Shown: positions 11,000-24,600 of the stretch, piece by piece
How the letters are laid out: each line of letters starts with the position of its first letter
How positions within the stretch are numbered: the stretch's first letter is position 1
Assembly: GCA_024626585.2 (NCBI GenBank)
Contig: JANKJI020000004.1
Location: 128,763,231-128,789,653 of the forward strand
Length of the DNA stretch: 26,423 nucleotides
Reading direction: 5' to 3'
Source: Ginkgo biloba
Taxonomy: Eukaryota; Plantae; Ginkgophyta
The notes under the pieces: model-generated
What the model saw: only the letters and a program-made list of their open reading frames with translations
The model's database searches: none
What the model was told of the DNA's origin: nothing
Translations under genes and position numbers: made by a program

Positions 11000-11382
11000 G
11001 TATTCATTATTACATTAATTCATCATTATACAACTAGTTAGAAGAGATTATTTTTTAAATAACTAATTGTCTCCTAACTTTAAGGAGATAGTGTTAAAAA
11101 GTTTATGTTTCTTTATAAAGTCTTATTAGCATTTATATTTGTTGTTATTTGTTAGTAAATATTATTCCTTTAAATCTTATATTCTTATTCCAAATTTCTT
11201 ATTAAAAATTTAAAAAATAAGAAAAAATTAAAGAAGACCATTATAAATAAGGAAATGGCATCTCTAATATAAATAAATATAATTTTGTAGAGAATAAATG
11301 GAACTTAATGTACACTTAACAATCCATCTTAACACGTTCTTTAACATAAATATTAAGTACTTCCTACTTGGATTTATGTTCA
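11000..11382 (+). repeat. Dispersed direct repeat, copy 2 (partner 7505-7878)
   Basis: Same colinear blocks as copy 1; left edge abuts gap 10763-10999. Confidence 0.85.
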
Positions 11383-13439
11383 CATAGATTGCCTAAATTT
11401 ATGATTCTTATTTTGCAATGAATTTTTTTATAGTGATGACTCATAAATATGACGTTAATTTTTTATACTACTTTGAATAAAATTGTGTGAAATAGTAAGG
11501 ACTTATCACCATATGGCTCTTATTAATCTAGATGACTTTTTTTTCTTTTCCTCGAAAAAAAAAACTTAATTTTATTTCATTAACAAAATTACACTTTTCA
11601 AATGCTTTAAAAGAATTAGTCTAGATGATTTATAGAATCTAGTTGTCAATTAGTTTCATTATCGCTAATTGATCATCTATATTTATTTAATTTAAAAGGA
11701 ATCTTTCCCTTAGATATGTAATCATGATTTTTCTTATGTTTTTAAACTAGCATTATATTAGTTTTATTCTCACTCTTATTTGTTAATAGGGAATATTCTT
11801 ATAATTTAGATCTTTTTATTATCACATATAAAAACATAATAGTAAAATGAACCACAATTATAGGAAAATAAGGTATCTAAAAATAAACAACATTTTTTGA
11901 TAACTAAGTAATCTCATATTGATATTTATGTTTTTGTTATATAACTAATATTTTATAAAATAACTATAGCATACTAACATGGTATAATTATTATGTATTT
12001 ATCCATATATGCCTTTACATATGATAATTAATGATGGAGTTATGAAATGATAATAGAGAAAGAGGCATTACTTCTTATTCTAGGTGATACAATTAGTACA
12101 AAGCTAGGATATGTTATTTTAGTGGACTCTCATCTTCCATAATATGATCCTCTTAAGATTGACTAGTCTTCTCTCACTAGTGAATCTTTTTTGTAACTCT
12201 CTTCTATGGGAATGCCAATGGTAGGCGAGACTCTTTAATTTTTTCATTATCCCTATTAATTTATTTTAAAGAGGTTGAGTACTTTATGTTAAAATGGTAG
12301 ACAAANNNNNNNNNNNNNNNNNNNNNNNNNNNNNNNNNNNNNNNNNNNNNNNNNNNNNNNNNNNNNNNNNNNNNNNNNNNNNNNNNNNNNNNNNNNNNNN
12401 NNNNNTATCTTCATATTTTATTAGAATATAATAAAAAATATAGGCCTATGCAACCTATGATTATAACCATATGATACAATGTTAATGGAAATCATCTATT
12501 ATATCCCTAAGACAAAACTAAGAATAAGAAGGATTTAACCTAAGGTTCACTTAAGTGAAGAACATAAGGCCCCTATTTTAGCTTAAAACAACCTTCTAAT
12601 GGATAAATATCTTTATATATTGAGTTAATAATATTATGGTGTATTTTGGTCTGTAAATAACATCCCTAACTAATGCAAAATGAGACAAAATTAAGTCACA
12701 GTAATTTGGAGTATATAAGTTCCAACTTTCTCCCTATTTTAGCAATATATCATCATTGACTTATCTACTTATTCCTTCAAAAGAATTCTCTTCCTAGGAA
12801 AAAAATTATTTCATTAAATATTCTATAGGGAATAGGTTTTATACAATATCATATTTATTCTGTAGTATGTACCCCAAGATATTCTACTCTTTATATTATT
12901 ATTTTATAAACTATCTACTCTTCATCTTCAAATTCTCATCTTAACATTCATTTACTATTTGATCATTGTCATTAACATTACCAACTATTTTTATGAGATA
13001 ATTAGTTCATGATTAATAATATCAAATATTTATAATAATACAAAGATAAAGGAAAACACATAGTTTAAGTAAGATAACAATTCAAACACAATATGGAAGA
13101 AATATTATGGAAAACTTAGTTTGAAGAACATGTAAGGGATATTAAACCTAGGTTGAAAATGATCATAAGACTTATAAATAAATGTATAGATACTTAGAGA
13201 GGTTTAGGTAAGATAAAAGGAGAGATAAGAAAGATATAAAAGGAATAAAGGAAGGTGTAAGGAAATTGTAAAGGGTAGAAAGAGGCACATATCAAAAGTT
13301 AGAAATAAGTCAAAGTTTGAGAAAGTAAACTTTAGTGCATCATTAACAATAAGAACTGCCCACAAATAGGAATAAGAATAAATGTAAGAAATATAGGTAA
13401 TGGACATAAATGTATAAGTGTTAACCATAATATATAATA

Positions 13440-16160
13440 GAGAATGCCAAATTTTAATTTTGGAAGACAAATAGAATTACATGATTGGGTTGAAAAGTTA
13501 GAAGTAATATTTGTTTAAGTCAAGTATTCTAAGATTTGGAAAGGAATTCATACAATATTATTGTTCATGGAAGGAGCAGGAAACTAATGGATGTAAGAAG
13601 GTTGAGGGATAATTTATATATCATAGGTGATTTTATATACTTCATCAATAAATTCTATAAAATATCACATCAAAATTGGAATGACCCTTATAATATTCAC
13701 ATAGTCCATTTTTCCAAAGAGAATAGATAGTGGTACAGTATACCAAAATATTTGAAACATTGGAATCAAGGCCAATTTTCCAAAAAATACATTTAAAAAT
13801 GTTATATTAAAAGCTTAAGACTTGAATTATTGATAGCTAAAATTCCCTATGTGGTGAATGTTATAGAGATCAAGGTATTTAGATATAAATTATATAACAT
13901 CTTCTATGAATTGGATCAAATTCAAATTGCATTCCATGAGTTCTTATCCTTCTTTAAGAACCTCATATCTAATTCAACCAATAATTATAATATGATAATG
14001 CATATTATATGTAATTCACATGGTTAATAAGAATTACCAGCAAGCACAAAACTGACCCAACAGATAAAATAATACCAACATAAATAGGCATAGTCAAAAT
14101 TATCTAGAATGCCTACAAAAATTATAGTAATTAGCCTAATAAATCTAATTAGTATAAAACATAAGGGAAATATAATAAGAAATTAATAGTCCCAAATAAA
14201 TCACTACTAAAATAATAAAAACCAAAATAGAAATAATGGGAATCATTACTATAACAACTAGAATGAATAATATAGAAAAAATATGACGAGGTTCACCTTG
14301 ACTCATGTTATGAATTCTATGTGACAAGTAACCATGATGGTTANNNNNNNNNNNNNNNNNNNNNNNNNNNNNNNNNNNNNNNNNNNNNNNNNNNNNNNNN
14401 NNNNNNNNNNNNNNNNNNNNNNNNNNNNNNNNNNNNNNNNNNNATAAATGCTAATAGAAGTAAGAAATTATTCATGGAAAATGAGAAAAAATAAAAAATA
14501 GACACTTAAAATGTTAGTGAGGAACCAAACATACAATAAGAAATATATTTGGAAAGAGAGATAAAAAGATAAATATACACTTGAAGGATTATAGCCACAA
14601 CTAATGTTATGGACTATAAACTAGAAATATTAATTGTAACAATAATAAGAATGATTGGGATATATATTAGATACCTTTAAGGTATATGATTATATCTAAA
14701 AGTCAAGGTTTCTTAGCAAGGTTGATCTAGCAAAGTATGCTAAAATTATTGGATAAAGGGATATTAAGGAGGATAGGAATATCTAGAAAGAAATGAAATA
14801 TTTTCCACATCTACTCCAAGGCACAATGATATACTACGCAAAGGAATAGTTTAAAACATTGAGTTAAGATTACATGTTGAAATATTTTTTTTGTGTAACA
14901 TCAATTATAGTGGATGGAATATTAGGAATAATATGATTAGAAATATTAGGTACCTATGGGATAAAATGCATCAAATATTTACTATATTTTAAGATTGAAG
15001 GGAAGAAATATAAACTTAAAGGGATACGACCAATAAGAAATGATGTAGCAAGATCATAATAATTGTATAAGATATTACATAAAGAACATATGATTTACTT
15101 TGGAATTACAATAAATAGGAAAAAATAAATATTTAATCATACATAATGGAGAAGAAGAGACACATCTAATAGATTTTGAATAAGTAAGACTAAATTTNNN
15201 NNNNNNNNNNNNNNNNNNNNTTTCAAGAATTGACTAAAAATAGGGATGGAGTATATCATTGATGTGAATCATGTATACTTATAACTTAAATAAGAAATAT
15301 TTACCTAAGAAATGTTTTATTTAGGATCCATTATGTATGGTAAGAGTCTATATACCACACTAGTTGTATTAGATAGTAAGAAATGTGGGCCATTTAGTAT
15401 TTATATGGATTATAGGGCATCGAAGAAATAACTATTGATAACAAATTTTCTAATACTTTGCATTAATAATTTAATGGATAGATTGCTTGGGATCCAATTA
15501 TTTTCAAAGTTTTACATTTAATCTATGCATTAGTGTATTTTATTCTAAGTATAAGACATATATAAGATAATGTTTTGAACTCACCAAGGGTACTTTGAAT
15601 TCTTTGTAATACCTTTTAGACTTTATAATGGATAATCTACTCTTATGAATAAGAAATTCATCAAGATAATTAGTATTCTTTTAATGATATTATTATTTGT
15701 ATTCAAATATGGGAGGATAATATTGATCATTTGGATAAGGTACATGAGATTTTGGAAAAACAAAAGTGTAATTCAAAGGAGACCAAATATTTATTTTAAA
15801 ATCAATAATTGGAATGCCTAGGCTACATTATAATAAAAGAGGAAGTAAGAGAGGACCTTGAAAACATATAATCTATAATGAACCATCTGAGATCAAATAN
15901 NNNNNNNNNNNNNNNNNNNNNNNNNNNNNNNNNNNNNNNNNNNNNNNNNNNCATGATTCTATAAAAATTCTTAAAAAAATTACATTTTTATAATAGAAAC
16001 ATTAGTATACTTGAACAAAAAGGAGGGGTTTAGGTGGAGTGATATACTAGAAAGAGATTTTGAGGAGTACAAAAAAACACTAAGAATAACACTAGTGATA
16101 GTTAACCCAAACTTCATAAAACCATTGTAATGCCCTAAATAGGGAATTGCTAAAAATAAA
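13440..16160 (+). mobile_element. Heavily decayed Ty3/gypsy gag-pol remnant (protease, RT, start of RNase H)
   Basis: ~15320-15650 reads VVLDSKKCGPFSIYMDYRA...NNLMDRLLGIQLFSKF...DIYKIMF*THQGYFEFFVIPFRL (cf. VVLVKKKDGSFRMCIDYRAL...DELLDELHGAKFFSKID...[23 protein letters not shown]). Then a decayed FFDDIL near 15680, LECLGYIIIKEEVREDLENI (LEYLGHIISKEGVRVDPEKI) and KKEGFRWS...PNFIKP. DGILGIIxL near 14920. The gag boundary is approximate. Confidence 0.88.
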
Positions 16161-16343
16161 NNNNNNNNNNNNNNNNNNNNNNNNNNNNNNNNNNNNNNNN
16201 NNNNNNNNNNNNNNNNNNNNNNNNNNNNNNNNNNNNNNNNNNNNNNNNNNNNNNNNNNNNATCTTATTCCATAGTGACCCTCCATCACTAGAAAAAGTCA
16301 AATGTTGTTGAATGCTATAAATACATCATTTCAAACGTATTTC

Positions 16344-16573
16344 ATTCCTTTGTTATGTCATGTGGAAGAGAGGAGGATAGAGTGGAGGTATTTTCTACAT
16401 CGAATGTGAAGTAGTAGGTGACATTGTAGAGAGAATATCTCTCTGCTATGTGATGTAGAAATGATCTATGCTCTCTATAATGTCACTTGTTACTTCATGT
16501 TCGATGTAGAAAAGACCTTCACTCTAGGCTATTACACATGCCTCCTTTTTTCCACATGACATAATAAAGGAAT
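16344..16573 (+). ncRNA. Long inverted repeat; candidate MIRNA or hairpin-RNA precursor
   Basis: 16344-16376 pairs with 16541-16573 and 16378-16437 pairs with 16467-16526; 29-nt loop; 14-nt bulge at 16527-16540. Of 93 aligned positions, 81 are Watson-Crick, 10 are G:U on the + strand and 2 are A.G. The inverted repeat is certain; transcription is inferred. Confidence 0.45.
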
Positions 16574-16575
16574 CT

Positions 16576-16773
16576 GCTCTCTACAATGCCATATTTTCTA
16601 CCATTCAGGCTAGATAGAGGTTATTGCAATTATGAAATGGATTTTAGATAAAATTTTGAATATCACATAGTAAAGAGAGAAGAGCTCTTTACAATGTCAT
16701 ATTTGACACCATATAGGCCAAATAGAGGTTATTGCAATTATGAAATGGATTTTAGATGGAATCTTGAATATCA
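16576..16773 (+). repeat. Tandem duplication, period 108 bp (~1.8 copies)
   Basis: gctct.tacaatg.cata...atagaggttattgcaattatgaaatggattttagat...gaatatca starting at 16576 and at 16684. Confidence 0.9.
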
Positions 16774-17038
16774 AATTAACATCTAAGTTTCACAAAATAA
16801 ATTGGGCAAATAAGAAGTAGGATCAATATGCCTTAAGAGCATGCAATATGATTTGAGAACATTTGAGTTCATGACATAAAAAGTAGTTGTTAATCGAGTG
16901 AATCTATGTTGATGCTAAGGAATTATGCACATACTATATTTATATATATTTAGAGATAAAATGATGTAAAATATTTAATCGAATGTAGTCTACACAAATA
17001 ATTAAAATAATTAGAAGTGGAAAAAAGTTTGATGGACA

Positions 17039-17110
17039 GAATTCAAAATTTTATTAAATATAGTTTACGAATGGATGGACAGTTGGATGTACATTATAAT
17101 TTCTTTATAT
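17039..17110. repeat. Dispersed repeat, partner 19330-19409; followed by (ATCT)n
   Basis: gaattcaaaattttattaaatata...atggatgga...tgga.gtaca shared by both copies. Confidence 0.75.
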
Positions 17111-17246
17111 ATCTATCCATCTATCTATCTATCTATATATAAATATATCATATCAATAACAGAAAAATCAATACCACCCNNNNNNNNNNATTGGAAAACT
17201 AGTGGTCCCCTTAGCTCCATCATTTTATAATTTAGTTCTTTGATTC

Positions 17247-17385
17247 ATTAACATAAGTCTGGCAAGGGGAATTCCTGAATACAATATACCATAGGTATGG
17301 AGGTAGTGATCCATTATTAGCAAGTGTGATGTTTATAGTTTTGGTATGCTATTGTTGGAGATGGTTGGAGACACAAAAATGTAGG
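17247..17385 (+). pseudogene. Receptor-like kinase fragment (LRK10/Lr10-like), subdomains VIII-IX
   Basis: INISLARGIPEYNIP*VWR**SIISKCDVYSFGMLLLEMVG matches ARGTPGYIAPEVW...KCDVYSFGMLLLEMVG, with three in-frame stops; no other kinase subdomains seen. Confidence 0.88.
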
Positions 17386-17690
17386 TCTAAATAAAGTATT
17401 TCACATCTTCATCACTCAAAATATCCAATGTGTTGGTATTCTTATTTAAAAAATACATCATAAGCACTTCCCATTGTAAGATGAATTAAAATAAAATGAA
17501 ATAGAGTCATTTTCTAATTTTGCTAGTGATTCTATGAAGCCTGTGCAATGTTGTATCCATCAACACTCAAATAGGATATTGTTTGCTTATCTTTTGGGCA
17601 AGGTTTTGGTTTGCATTTCATATCCACCATTTTTGAATTCTGTATATGTGTATTAGCAACATGGGTATTTATGACTGCAAAAGGAAATTA

Positions 17691-17887
17691 CACTATAGAA
17701 GATGGGTTTGGAACATATTACTCGAAATTGAAAATTTTTGAAGCCTAGAGGAGAGAAACAATAAGGTTTGTAACAAACTTTTAGACACAATGTGACAAAA
17801 ACCTTGAAGCATCGCTTTTAAAATAAATTTGAAGTGGTCTATTTGGGGCATTTTGACGCAGCTATAAAAAGGCATTTGTTTTACTAG
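17691..17887. mobile_element. Possible decayed non-autonomous CACTA element
   Basis: Begins CACTATAGAAGA and ends gctataaaaaggcatttgttttactag, resembling CACTA subterminal sequence; terminal TG and 3-bp TSD not evident. Confidence 0.25.
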
Positions 17888-19329
17888 AAAAAAAATTAGA
17901 GAAGGGTAAATGATTATTGATAGATGCATATTTAAAAAATAAAAGAAGATTGTTCAAGAAAATGGAAAATTAGATTCGGATCCAAATTTAAAGTATCACA
18001 ATTTTCTCTCAATCTTTCATTATTTCTCTATTAACAAAAGTTAAACTTATAAGAGAATAAATATTATGATTCCTCACACATTCAAATTATATTTTTATGG
18101 GAATCATTTTTTTTTTAAATTTTTTATAGTATGCAATTGTGTAAAAGTTATTTACACANNNNNNNNNNNNNNNNNNNNNNNNNNNNNNNNNNNNNNNNNN
18201 NNNNNNNNNNNNNNNNNNNNNNNNNNNNNNNNNNNNNNNNNNNNNNNNNNNNNNNNNNTAGAGAGGTTATTATATAGTCATCGGGAAAGAAAAAAAAAGA
18301 TGGCTATAATGTGTAAAGGGGTTATTATCCCAAATTTTCAAAATAGAAGAGATGATGCTTCAAGAAGCTTCAGGATTAGAAGATGCATGCATTATTTCAG
18401 TTTATGTAACATGGTTATTGATAATAATATGAATAATGATCATTATAAGTAATGATTGAATATTATGCTAGTTTATGCCTGAGACTTTTGTCTATGAGAA
18501 GCTAACAAATATAGGTAAAAATCCATTTTTTAAAATGTACATGTTCTCAATTAATTGACCAAAAAATAGGGGAAATCCATGTCATTGAATCATAAATAAT
18601 GATGTGTTCTTTTTCAAGTCGGTGTTATGATGACCTAGATGGCCAAATTGTGCGATAACTCGACCACAGGGAGGTTTGGCAACCCTTGTTATGAGAATGA
18701 TCCCTGTAACTCTAATAACTTCTAGAGAACTTTAAATTGGTTAAACTAATTCTTTAGGGAGAAAATAATTAGTTCATGAATCCTCTAAGATGGCTATATG
18801 CACCCTCTTATCCTCCCTCCATATAGACAGGTTTTTTGCACGATGGAAAGGGAAGGAAGAGGAGAAGACAACGGATGATGGGATGGGGGTGGAAGGGTGT
18901 GAATTAGATGTAGGGAGAAGACATTATTGTCAATTCATCATTACATTCTTTCATAACTTAACTTCATATTTAGGAAGTAGAAATTTATCAACCTTATACA
19001 CTGCATTTGATATGGCTGTGTTCATCACACCTGTAATAATATTCATCACTTGCCACCCAAATATAGTCATATTAAGATATCAAGTGACACCTCCCATATT
19101 ATGTAACATTAACCATAAATATAACAAAGCAATGGAGAAAAAAATGATTAGGAAGATGTTCTCATTAGAGATTAATCAATGCTCAATGTTTGATTCTAAA
19201 CCCAAATGTGTATATATACAAATATACTTTGGAATTTACCTTAGTTAAAGATGAATATGAATCAATGGTTCGTGGGAGTTATTTATATATAAATTTAATT
19301 TCTTAAAAGACACAAATATATCTATAATG

Positions 19330-19409
19330 GAATTCAAAATTTTATTAAATATAATTTATAGATGGATGGATGGACGTACACTCCAATTGTTTTAGATATA
19401 TAGTATAGA
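19330..19409 (-). mobile_element. Helitron-like 5' terminus
   Basis: Minus strand A|TCTATACTATATATCTAAAA followed by (TCCA)n; closely similar to the 5218 terminus TCTTATACTATATAACTAAAA; 3' end not identified. Confidence 0.45.
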
Positions 19410-19482
19410 TATGTAGATATATATACATACATACATACATATATACATACATCCATACATACATATATATATATATATATAT
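19410..19482. repeat. Compound (TACA)n/(TA)n microsatellite
   Basis: Directly visible; runs into a gap. Confidence 0.9.
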
Positions 19483-21699
19483 TNNNNNNNNNNNNNNNNN
19501 NNNNNNNNNNNNNNNNNNNNNNNNNNNNNNNNNNNNNNNNNNNNNNNNNNNNNNNNNNNNNNNNNNNNNNNNNNNNNNNNNNNTAGAGTCCATCTTATGT
19601 AATCAACATAAATATTATATAATTATATATAAATTTCATATTTCTAACTAAATGGCATACCTCTCTTATTTTTTAAAGTCTCAAAATTATTTCAAATAGA
19701 TCCTTATTATGTAAATAAACTTCTCTTAATATCCAAATCCACAAAACTCAACCTTAAGAATATTCATTTCATCTTCTTAAATAAAATACATTTTTATTTT
19801 TTTGAAAGATTAATTTTTATTCACATGACCTCCACACTATTTATTTGTAATCTATTAAGTGACATGCTAAGTATTAGTGCAATGTCTCATATTATACTAT
19901 TAAAGTTATAAATTAATCACAAATAAATAGTGCCATCGTGTAGGAATNNNNNNNNNNNNNNNNNNNNNNNNNNNNNNNNNNNNNNNNNNNNNNNNNNNNN
20001 NNCTTGGTTTCTTATGCAAATAAATAATGATCTCTATTTTCCCCTTCTCAAACTATTTTTTTTCATACTTTCGTACTATTATTTTTACATTTTCATATCA
20101 TTTAAAGGTGAATTTGAATTTTCTTGCATCAATTCTATTCTATTTAGTTAATTACTTGATATAATTTGGGATTTTACTAATTTAATTCTTTATAAGAATA
20201 TACATGAGTAAATTTAAATCTATGCTAATAAATATTTTGTTAGAATAATATAATTTTACCTATAAATAAATGTATTTTTATGATGCCACAAAGGACTTTT
20301 AAGATTAATGATATTCTAAAAAAAATTCTTTAGGATATACTTTAAATTAATTTTATCCATTTTATAAATAGTTTTAGAGTTCATCCAATAAATTTAATGG
20401 TCTAATAAAATTACAATAAGAGGAATCAAATTAAGGTCTCTATAATATTAGTTTCCTTCAAAAGAAATTATCATAATTCTAGCAAGGTCATAAATACTAG
20501 TTTATATATTTTATTTTTATTGATTCAATTATTGTAAGTTGTCTTTTATTCCTTTACATATCACTATTATATAGAGTTGAACTCAAGTTGTTATCCTATG
20601 AATACTCTATCTTTAAGGCATACATTTTAGATGCACATGATTTAGATCTTAGAGTGAAATTCCAATAGTTAAGGAGAAATATTTGGAGATGTTGGAGATG
20701 ATAATAAGAAGGTCTGTATCCCCCATTTATAAATTTTTGGTCTTCTATTCATTCTATTTTAACTTGAATGAAAATTATCAATTGAATCTTGTTGCTTGAT
20801 GTTTTTTTGTCTTTGTTAAATATTGTTAATTATAAATATTCATATAGTTATAATTATATTTGAATGTGTATAAAAAAAGTTAATGAATTTTATATCTTAA
20901 TATNNNNNNNNNNNNNNNNNNNNNNNNNNNNNNNNNNNNNNNNNNNNNNNNNNNNNNNNNNNNNNNNNNNNNNNNNNNNNNNNNNNNNNNNNNNNNNNNN
21001 NNNNNNNNNNNNNNNNNNNNNNNNNNNNNNNNNNNNNNNNNNNNNNNNNNNNNNNNNNNNNNNNNNNNNNNNNNNNNNNNNNNNNNNNNNNNNNNNNNNN
21101 NNNNNNNNNNNNNNNNNNNNNNNNNNNNNNNNNNNNNNNNNNNNNNNNNNNNNNNNNNNNNNNNNNNNNNNNNNNNNNNNNNNNNNNNNNNNNNNNNNNN
21201 NNNNNNNNNNNNNNNNNNNNNNNNNNNNNNNNNNNNNNNNNNNNNNNNNNNNNNNNNNNNNNNNNNNNNNNNNNNNNNNNNNNNNNNNNNNNNNNNNNNN
21301 NNNNNNNNNNNNNNNNNNNNNNNNNNNNNNNNNNNNNNNNNNNNNNNNNNNNNNNNNNNNNNNNNNNNNNNNNNNNNNNNNNNNNNNNNNNNNNNNNNNN
21401 NNNNNNNNNNNNNNNNNNNNNNNNNNNNNNNNNNNNNNNAATTCATTACATTTGGGAATACATAAATGAAAATTAATAATTTATTTTTAATTCATATACA
21501 TTTACTTTTCTCACCGTAGTTTAAATTTTATTGTTCTTGAAAGAAAATTGATTAGTTGCACATTCCCATTTGAAGCAATATAAGAATTCTAATTAGAAAT
21601 AAATGTGGGAAGAAAAAAATTATATAATATAAAATATATGGGATCAAGTAAATTAAATACACATATAACATTTCTAGTGACCATATTGAGGATTATAAA

Positions 21700-24600
21700 T
21701 TCACACTCTTATGAGGTATATCCTTATAGTTAGTTGCTCCTTTTAGTGTATCCTAGGTGATTATTATCAAGACCATACCCAATCTATTTAAGAGTATATT
21801 ACTATTATAATACCCTCTAAAATTATATAATAGGTTCCTCTTGACACTACATCTTACCTATTATAATTAATAACCATTTTAGAGGAGGTATATCACTTGG
21901 AATGGATATACTCCCAAAATTTTTACGCCTAAATCTTATATGACTTTATATGGACTCAATTATCTTAAGTAATTTATAAGATCCATTTTATGACAAAGTT
22001 AGGGTGGTTGAATTATATTATATTGATTTAAAGTACAAAGTCACTTTATACACACATAGATATATTTAGGATCTTATGATAAAATTCTAAAACACCCTCT
22101 TAGAAGGTCCATAAGGGATATAGTNNNNNNNNNNNNNNNNNNNNNNNNNNNNNATTGTTGACCTTCCTTAAGGACCCTAAGGTATACCTCAATTTTAATC
22201 ATGAGAGTTTAGAGGAGGATTATCTATCAGGGTCTAGAGTCAAAATATTCCAAGGGAGAACCACCTAATGCTAAGACATATTAGATTGGAAAATAATATC
22301 TACCTCATAATATCCTTACCTACATCTTGTTGGGTTTAATAAAGGAATAAATTTCCATAGATTCCTTGCTTAATTTTGATAATATACCACATTTTTAAAT
22401 AAGTCAAAGATAATACTATATCAATATTAGATTTTTATGNNNNNNNNNNAGGAACATTCCTTTGGTATAATTCATATTTTTTCTTAAAATCAACAAAAAG
22501 AAACTTAATAATAGAAGAATGAATAATAGAACCGTTAGGTGATCCTTTATATTTTATCCTCGTATATTTATTCCAATCAATACAATACAAGGGAAACCTA
22601 TAAAAAAATATTGGGATAACATTATGAAGGGTGAGGATGTACTCTCAATTCATAAGCATGCACTTGATTAGTTTGGGTTCTATCTTATTGNNNNNNNNNN
22701 NNNNNNNNNNNNNNNNNNNNNNNNNNNNNNNNNNNNNNNNNNNNNNNNNNNNNNNNNNNNNNNATTAAAAAACCATACATTACAAATTCATTTATTAGAA
22801 AAACTATTAAAAATGCATCCTCAATATCTCAATAAGATCATGGCCAAAAATACTTATGCATAAAATTCCATACAATAATACAACCCATAAAATTCTTTCA
22901 TAAGGTATGATTGGCACTCAATCCTAATCATTGATACCTTTATAAGTATTATAGGAGATTGATCCATTTTTTACTACCTTACATGTTGCACATGNNNNNN
23001 NNNNNNNNNNNNNNNNNNNNNNNNNNNNNNNNNNNNNNNNNNNNNNNNNNNNNNNNNNNNNNNNNNNNNNNNNNNNNNNNNNNNNNNNNNNNNNNNNNNN
23101 NNNNNNNNNNNNNNNNNNNNNNNCTACACTAAAGTCTAGTTATGAACACACATAGATATTCCCAAGAAATACCCACCCAACTTGTTGGAGTTCTATATTT
23201 CTAATAAACATAAATATCAAATCATAAACTTCACATATTTTAAAAATAACCATCAATACCAATTAGCATCTAATGTTTCCAATTGGGGTATATAAAATAC
23301 CATTCCAACTAATAATATTAAATCTAAATTACATAAGTGGATTTACATATACCTATCAACTATAAATTAAATAATAAATGGTTTAGGTATTACCAAAAAA
23401 TAACTTAGTAGATGCTTGGGACTATACATGTATAGATAAAATACATGCATTTATCCCAAACCCACAATAATAATTCCACTACAAACTTAATTACAATAAT
23501 AACAACCTTTACATTAATATGTTCTTTATGCACCATACAACACATATTACTATATACCAAAGTAGTACGTACACTAGAAGGAAAACCTTCATACACATAA
23601 TAATAATCTTATATTCAACTGTCTCCATAACCATATCAAACTACATTCACTTATTTAGAATGAAAAAATGTTCCACAAATGGAAGGAAGAAATCAAGTAT
23701 AATACAAAGTCTTACAACCTATAATAATCTTTAAAATTATACAAAGAGTTTTTTATGGATGGATTATATGAATAATTATTTATTACACCCAATTCTTGAG
23801 ATCCTAAACTTTAATTGGTCTCTAGGTTTTGGTCTTATTTCTATATGGATTTATATGCATTGACTTATGTTTATACCAAAAATTTCCTCTATAAAATATA
23901 TATACATGATGAAATAGTCAATAACATAAATATATGAAACACGAATGAGTGTTATNNNNNNNATACCCTTTTGTAATAATATGATTCATTGAATATTCAT
24001 TTGCATTTAGATGGCTCAAAATAAACGCCCATACAGATAGCCAACCATATAATATGTATGAAATAAGAGAATAAATAAAAATCCATGTTCTCTAAGGAAC
24101 TAGATGAATTATCATAAATATATCATGCATTAATGATAAATGGAATATATAAAAAGACACACATTAAATAAAAGAGAATAATTACTTTATTGTAAAAGGG
24201 ATAAGGTGGAAGGATGGAATGATCTTAAAAAATGATGGTCAATACCCTATATGGATGAAAATTGTTCTCCCTTCTCTCCTCTTATTTGTAATGAATTATC
24301 ACACATGAGATAAAAAATATAAGTTCCTTAATGATGTAAAATACTATAGTGACAAAAATATTGCATAGTATAAATGAGCTAAGAGTTCTCAAGAATATCT
24401 AAGATAGTCCAAGGATTCATTATGATCCATGAAAATGATTTAGATATTTTAATCAGAGATTCTCCATGCCTCTTTGGATTGAGACTAAATAGGTATTTAT
24501 ACGATAAAATAAATAATCCCCATGACCTTAATGATGACGGGAGAAATGTGATATAGGATTATATTAAGTCATGAGCCTATGTATAGTCATATTTTGAAGG

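Noticed and set aside
11975-11992. aaca-tggtataatt as PBS of the plus-strand gypsy remnant
   Set aside because: Only 6 consecutive bases match TGGTATCAGAGC; expected by chance in AT-rich DNA
18790-19248. 152-aa ORF, the longest ungapped ORF outside SUVR3
   Set aside because: No recognisable domain; composition typical of AT-rich non-coding DNA
6200-21469. Long ORFs made mostly of X (6200-6610, 10658-11041, 20864-21469 and others)
   Set aside because: Artefacts of N gaps, which contain no stop codons
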